Shown: positions 60,001 through 64,000 of the stretch, one piece after another
How positions within the stretch are numbered: position 1 is the stretch's first letter
How the letters are laid out: every line of letters starts with the position of its first letter
From: Anaeramoeba ignava BMAN
Taxonomy: Eukaryota > Protista > Anaeramoebae
Direction of reading: 5' to 3'
Length of the DNA: 64,000 nucleotides
Assembly: GCA_028826165.1 (NCBI GenBank)
Contig: JAPDFW010000053.1
Location: 248,001 to 312,000 of the forward strand
Notes under the pieces: generated by a model
What the model was told of the DNA's origin: nothing
What the model saw: only the letters and a program-made list of their open reading frames with translations
Databases searched by the model: none
Made by a program: the position numbers and the translations under genes

Positions 60001-63000
60001 ATTATGATCCAAGAGAAAAACGAAACAGATGAAAAGAAAGCAAAAAAAGAAATTAATAAAATGTTCAGTGATAAAGGATCCAAATTTGTTTTCAGATCAT
60101 CAAAAAATCAAAAATCAGCAGTTATTTGTCATTTAGAAAATAAAGAAATTTCATTTGATAAATTGAAAATATATTACATACTTTTCAAAGAAACAGAATC
60201 AACAGAAGATACAAATCAAAATCAAGAAAATGAAACACAAAATATTTCCAAATTTACAGATTCTTTTGAGATTATTGAGAATTGTGCTGATTTACTTGTT
60301 AAACTTACTTTAAAATCTCATTTCGAATACAGCAAAAATTATGAAAAAGTGTTCCAAAGTATTCCATATGAAAATTTCAAAGAAGATCTTATTGAATTCA
60401 AAAACAAACTTGCTGAAGATTTGAAAAATTGGAAATCAACAATTAACAAAATTTTTGAAGAAGATGAATCTCTTTCTTTCTTCTCAAAGGAACAAATATC
60501 AACATTATTACAAAATTTCAACAATATAAATCCAGATTCAAAAGAAAAAATTCAACAAATTTTGAATATTTATTCTCCAGATTTATCTAATGATGAAATA
60601 GAAAAATATTTAGATAATCAATCACAACAATTATTTGAAGATTATGCAAAAGATCTTAATGAATTTTTAGAAAAGAACTTTGATAATTTAGTAAACAATT
60701 TTAAGGAAATACCCAAAAATTTTTATGAAAATATCGAAAAATATGAAAACATAAGAAATTTTATAGATAAACAATTTGATCAAAAATCTGGAAAAGTTTC
60801 AAATCCAAAAGTTTGGACATATTCACTTTCAAATGAATTTAAAGTTTTTTTCGATGTTTGCATTTTCTATTTCATTTATTCACATAAATTCCCACATCGA
60901 GAACAAATTCTCATTTGTGATCAAGATACAACAAAAAGGGATATTTCATGCTTTTTAAAAGTTTATAAGATTTACAACGAAAAATTTTTAAATGATAAAA
61001 ATAAAAATGAAAATGGTTGGATATTTTCTATTATTTATGGAAATAGATTATCAAAAAACAAGCAAAGTTATTTAGCTTCTGAGATTCGTTCAATTAGTTA
61101 TCAAACTATTTTCCCCTTGATTATTTTCCATTCAAAAGAAAAAAAAGAAACAAAAACAAAAACAAAAACAAAAGAATATCCTGATAATTTAGTTTCTTTA
61201 TTTGGTTCTGAATTTGAAAAACAAGATCCAAAAACCAAAGTTAAAATTAAAATCAATAATACAGAATTCAAGAAATTTCTTCAAGAAAGTTCATTTTCTA
61301 AACAAATGAAAGTTTATACATCAGAATTCTCAGGATTTGGTAAAACTTTCCAAATACGTAAATGGGTATATGAAGAAAATAATAAAGAAAATGAAGAACC
61401 AAATACAGAATATCAATATAATCATATAGTTATTACATCAGAAAAAAGATCAGAATTTATCCAAAAAATTAATGAACTTTGCCAAAATATAAAAGAAAAA
61501 GAAAAAGAAAAAGAAAAGATATACATACATATTGAGCTTCCTTATTCTTCTAAAATTGATATTTCTGATTATATTTGGGGTCTTTTGATTTGGGGTTCAA
61601 TTGAAAATAAAAGAAGTAATAGTCTTGATAATTCTACATGGAATTTACCAAAAAATGTTACATTGATTTTTGAAATACCAAGTAATCGAATCAACGAACC
61701 ATCAAATGGTTGTCAAAATTTCCCTTCACTTGAATATTTGAATCACGTTGATTGCAAAGTTTCTTATGAGCATTTCTCTTTTGATCAATATATTTTATCC
61801 AATGATGGGAAAATTTCCAAAAAAGAAGACAAAGACTTGATTTCTGTGATAAAATTTTTCCAAATTTATACTGAGAATTTTGAATCATTCAGAAACAAAA
61901 GTGATAAAGAAAGAAATGAATTATTCATTAATCCCAAAATTGAAGAAAATACGGTTAAAAATATGTTTGAAAAAACTCAAAAAATTTTCAAAGATGTAAT
62001 TAAATGTGATAAAGTCACTTTTAGATTATTCACAAATTTTTTCAATGTTTTAAAATATCAAATTGATGCATTAAAACTTTATGAATTTCTTGATCCAGAA
62101 AAAGCAAGACAATTATTTAACAAACCCAAATTTGGAAAATTACTACAAGAAAAAATTTTGACATTTTCTTTGGAATCAATTTTCAAAATGATTTCTCCTT
62201 CAGGTAATTGGATGAATAAACAAAATATCGCAAACTCAATTGAATTTGAAGATTTATTTCAAGGTTATAATCCAGAATTTTTATGGGAAGATCGAATAAA
62301 ATATATTTTCTTGTTCATTCTTTCAAAAGAATTTAAAAAAGTAGAAAAAGTATTTATTTTAGGAGAAACTGAAAAATTAGCTAGAAAATGTTTCCATTCT
62401 ACTTGGCACAAAAAACTTGAAGCAAATGATAAATTTACTTTCTTACAACCATTTTCAGAAGAAGCTAGAAAAGATGGATTTCAAAAGGAGTTTCTTGCTT
62501 TAAAATCCTTAATTTTTAATGATATTGATATCTCAGAATTACAACAATTTCATAAAGAAAATAAATCGAATTATGCATTGACAAAAGACAATTTTTTTAA
62601 AATGATATTTATTCAACAAAAATTAAATGCAAAACTTCCCGTTATTTTATTTGGAGAAACTGGATGTGGAAAAACTTCTTTAATCAAGTATTTATGCGAA
62701 GATATTATGAAACAACAATTAAGAACTCTTCAAATTCATGGTAAAACTAAGAAGAAAGATATCATTAATTTTGTAAAGGAAGCACAAGAAGACGCAGAAA
62801 AATCACAAGAAAAAATTCCCATTTTCTTTGATGAATTCAATACAGCTCCCAAAAAATGTATTATGCTTCTTAAAAGCATTTTTTCAGATAAAAGGATAAA
62901 CGATATGAAAATTTCTGATAATATTAATATTTTTGCAGCAGGAAATCCTTATAGAGAAAGAGAAACAAAAACAGGAAATGATACTGAAGCAAGAGATGTA

Positions 63001-64000
63001 ATAATAGATTGGGGATTAAACGCTGATTTTGGTAATGGAAAAGAAGAAATAGAGAGATTAAAAAAAGCAATTTATCCAGTTCACACAATCCCTAATTCTT
63101 TTTTTGATAATATTTTTGATTATGGGAAATTATCAGAAAATTCAGAAGAATCATATATTCAAAAAATTGTGCAAAATAAAATTAAAAAAATAGAATTACT
63201 TCCTCAAGAAGTGGGAAATCTTAATAATTTATTTTCTAAACTTTTATTGGAATCTTATATTTATGTTCGCCAAAAATCAGATGATAAATTAAGTGCAGTT
63301 TCATTAAGAGATTCAACAAAAGTACTTATAATTTTCGATTGGTTTAGATCAGAAAAAATTACTGAAGACTTAATTGAAGAAAAAAGTAATTTTAAATACA
63401 TTCACCAATTTATCATTGCTTTATATCTTTCTTTTGGGTGCAGATTGGCCTTGAAAGAAAGAGAGAAATATTATGAATTACTTAAAAAGAAAATTAAAGA
63501 ATTCAAATTACCAAATTTACCAAAATTGGATATACCAAAAATTATTGAAAATTCCCAAACAAAACTTATGGATATTTTGAATATTGATTTTAAAGAATGG
63601 GATGTTGTATTGAATAACTCTTTGCAAGAAAATATCTTTTCAGTTTTTATTTCTTGTTACACACACATTCCTTTATTTTTAGTTGGTAAACCAGGCACTT
63701 CCAAAACAATTTCAATTGAAATTTTAATGCAAACATTAAGACCTCCAAAGAAAGCTAATAATTTCCTCGTAAATTATAATCTTCCAGCTTTGAAAGAATT
63801 CTTTATTCAATGTACACAACAAACAAAAGCTTCAGAAATAACAGAATTATTCAATCAAGCAAGAGAATATGCAAATAAATCAAGCATCACAGAAACTATT
63901 AGTGTTATTGTTCTGGATGAAGTATCTCTTGCAGAAGTAAGTCCTGATCTTCCGTTAACAGTTTTACATTTTGAACTTGAAAAAGCTGATAAAAAATTGT
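57058..64000 (+). CDS. RNF213 (mysterin)-like giant AAA+ ATPase, intronless so far, 3'-truncated by the window (at least 2314 codons)
   Basis: Frame read from ATG57058; I saw no stop and the ORF track lists none for this frame. YTSEFSGFGKT (~61320), NYALTKDNFFKM..LPVILFGETGCGKTSLI (~62570-62690), FFDEFNT, AAGNPYR, IFDYGKL, AVSLRD, ENIF..IPLFLVGKPGTSKT (~63670-63710), VIVLDEVSLAEVSPDLPLTVLHFELE. Confidence 0.88.
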   Translation, partial: MSSTKRSQFLIWLFLNEIETNKIEEIKIQIITQNPKKTYELAKSKKQKEVWFIGIPKINWIQRKYFETSFRFAMHGLLEGQTKINMSDPFLIKKYKPNPLNIQFIKLNYESDKLIPYKVDDNLIKFKILDALIFQTEGIEFQKQIKIKFQVVDALLSRKEEESEEEKEQKVISWIKENFDSNLSLDKKLIFFYLSSFGFHVTNMDLILFPQQNDSLDFAIDFTKFVIDFFTKEIGTNTFKKTLGSNLSKFAKKTKKQNDPRKSFKILSYFPLAWYLESTKEFETFIKELEVKSLDQILPLFNIILSDSTFHKILSEKLFQEKFLKKLIPKYWEKFLFDFFSSQNIENVNKIFDSPIYKDIFSTLSQINLDFDKKIQFWISFYSLLKEHPFQTNENTNELNRKNDLDDIFNLIKSQFESLKKGRSALFRLVALAKEEYMGLIQNLLPEHQNILYSFFQSLYNEIRLDRIFKFENIIQFMPIKEVQIPKWEKLLTKTNKDIFNLKDNNIHDLISEFIQNSNFPDLKNIFKWYTKIISFFPNYKTNERGVIQFMQDFHKELNEFCQKLAEGCGFENYNNFQTFEKQYQDLSKILFPDDKKYNEIIQKIDSKKMQIFYKDGLLKTLYDVYLPKIMITELPFDDKLIEKITKDQEDSLKWLNKLQDSKIFLNQWKEIFTPFLKEKILKSESQIQNFINKYKNEWNDFIQNKITLQNLIQNKDQETKEEINNFFQNIINLQFIQDNISKLSNEWEKLNQLISEKKLTFKELDNMFPFIEKEANSNINQIKFFKPENFLKENLNFKDNEKNLNEYLELRKKRYGLLSFLEFCKRFTFTTKNETFETFEKDWDSQLLNQIDEISKNLGSIFSGNESSFLQFFSELIPIKFTEESQEYIFDTHLLDWLKKQNDDEINNILSKDIFPEEQYKNGMEQLDNLRNRMKGYLNRKSYSSFSVFLNIIFNEEKRVSKDPKEIDFPFIHKLLPQIEIMIQEKNETDEKKAKKEINKMFSDKGSKFVFRSSKNQKSAVICHLENKEISFDKLKIYYILFKETESTEDTNQNQENETQNISKFTDSFEIIENCADLLVKLTLKSHFEYSKNYEKVFQSIPYENFKEDLIEFKNKLAEDLKNWKSTINKIFEEDESLSFFSKEQISTLLQNFNNINPDSKEKIQQILNIYSPDLSNDEIEKYLDNQSQQLFEDYAKDLNEFLEKNFDNLVNNFKEIPKNFYENIEKYENIRNFIDKQFDQKSGKVSNPKVWTYSLSNEFKVFFDVCIFYFIYSHKFPHREQILICDQDTTKRDISCFLKVYKIYNEKFLNDKNKNENGWIFSIIYGNRLSKNKQSYLASEIRSISYQTIFPLIIFHSKEKKETKTKTKTKEYPDNLVSLFGSEFEKQDPKTKVKIKINNTEFKKFLQESSFSKQMKVYTSEFSGFGKTFQIRKWVYEENNKENEEPNTEYQYNHIVITSEKRSEFIQKINELCQNIKEKEKEKEKIYIHIELPYSSKIDISDYIWGLLIWGSIENKRSNSLDNSTWNLPKNVTLIFEIPSNRINEPSNGCQNFPSLEYLNHVDCKVSYEHFSFDQYILSNDGKISKKEDKDLISVIKFFQIYTENFESFRNKSDKERNELFINPKIEENTVKNMFEKTQKIFKDVIKCDKVTFRLFTNFFNVLKYQIDALKLYEFLDPEKARQLFNKPKFGKLLQEKILTFSLESIFKMISPSGNWMNKQNIANSIEFEDLFQGYNPEFLWEDRIKYIFLFILSKEFKKVEKVFILGETEKLARKCFHSTWHKKLEANDKFTFLQPFSEEARKDGFQKEFLALKSLIFNDIDISELQQFHKENKSNYALTKDNFFKMIFIQQKLNAKLPVILFGETGCGKTSLIKYLCEDIMKQQLRTLQIHGKTKKKDIINFVKEAQEDAEKSQEKIPIFFDEFNTAPKKCIMLLKSIFSDKRINDMKISDNINIFAAGNPYRERETKTGNDTEARDVIIDWGLNADFGNGKEEIERLKKAIYPVHTIPNSFFDNIFDYGKLSENSEESYIQKIVQNKIKKIELLPQEVGNLNNLFSKLLLESYIYVRQKSDDKLSAVSLRDSTKVLIIFDWFRSEKITEDLIEEKSNFKYIHQFIIALYLSFGCRLALKEREKYYELLKKKIKEFKLPNLPKLDIPKIIENSQTKLMDILNIDFKEWDVVLNNSLQENIFSVFISCYTHIPLFLVGKPGTSKTISIEILMQTLRPPKKANNFLVNYNLPALKEFFIQCTQQTKASEITELFNQAREYANKSSITETISVIVLDEVSLAEVSPDLPLTVLHFELEKADKKL

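Noticed and set aside
57058-64000. Possible intein in the AAA+ or other enzyme motifs
   Set aside because: The Walker A/B motifs and USP boxes are contiguous; I saw no Cys...His-Asn bounded insert or homing-endonuclease motif.
1-64000. tRNA, rRNA or snRNA genes
   Set aside because: No GC-rich structured non-coding segment was seen; the intergenic DNA is almost purely A/T.

Overview
Very AT-rich eukaryotic (protist) genomic DNA with the standard genetic code (TAA/TGA stops), GT-AG introns and dense gene packing. The style (NQ/NE low-complexity tracts, ankyrin-BTB and BTB-TLDc genes, satellite-filled introns) suggests a free-living metamonad such as Anaeramoeba; this is inference only. Genes in order: alpha-actinin-like 3' end, CDC50/LEM3, KNL2/M18BP1 (SANTA+SANT, minus), EMC4, ankyrin-BTB, LENG8/THP3, tandem double RasGEF, divergent actin, G-alpha (minus), CH-like plus about 11 PH-like repeat protein, hSac2-like multi-exon gene (minus), cofilin A, disrupted BTB-TLDc, cofilin B, SEC24 (minus), USP34/24/9-like deubiquitinase, and an RNF213-like AAA+ ORF that runs off the window end and is absent from the ORF track. 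The main points of interest are the vertebrate-like M18BP1, the RNF213-like gene, the novel tandem PH-like protein, a BTB-TLDc cassette between duplicated cofilins, exons missing or decayed inside intronic satellites, and a recurrent TCATTT initiator-like motif. Many single-base frameshifts look like sequencing errors. All family assignments come from manual motif recognition; no searches were run.
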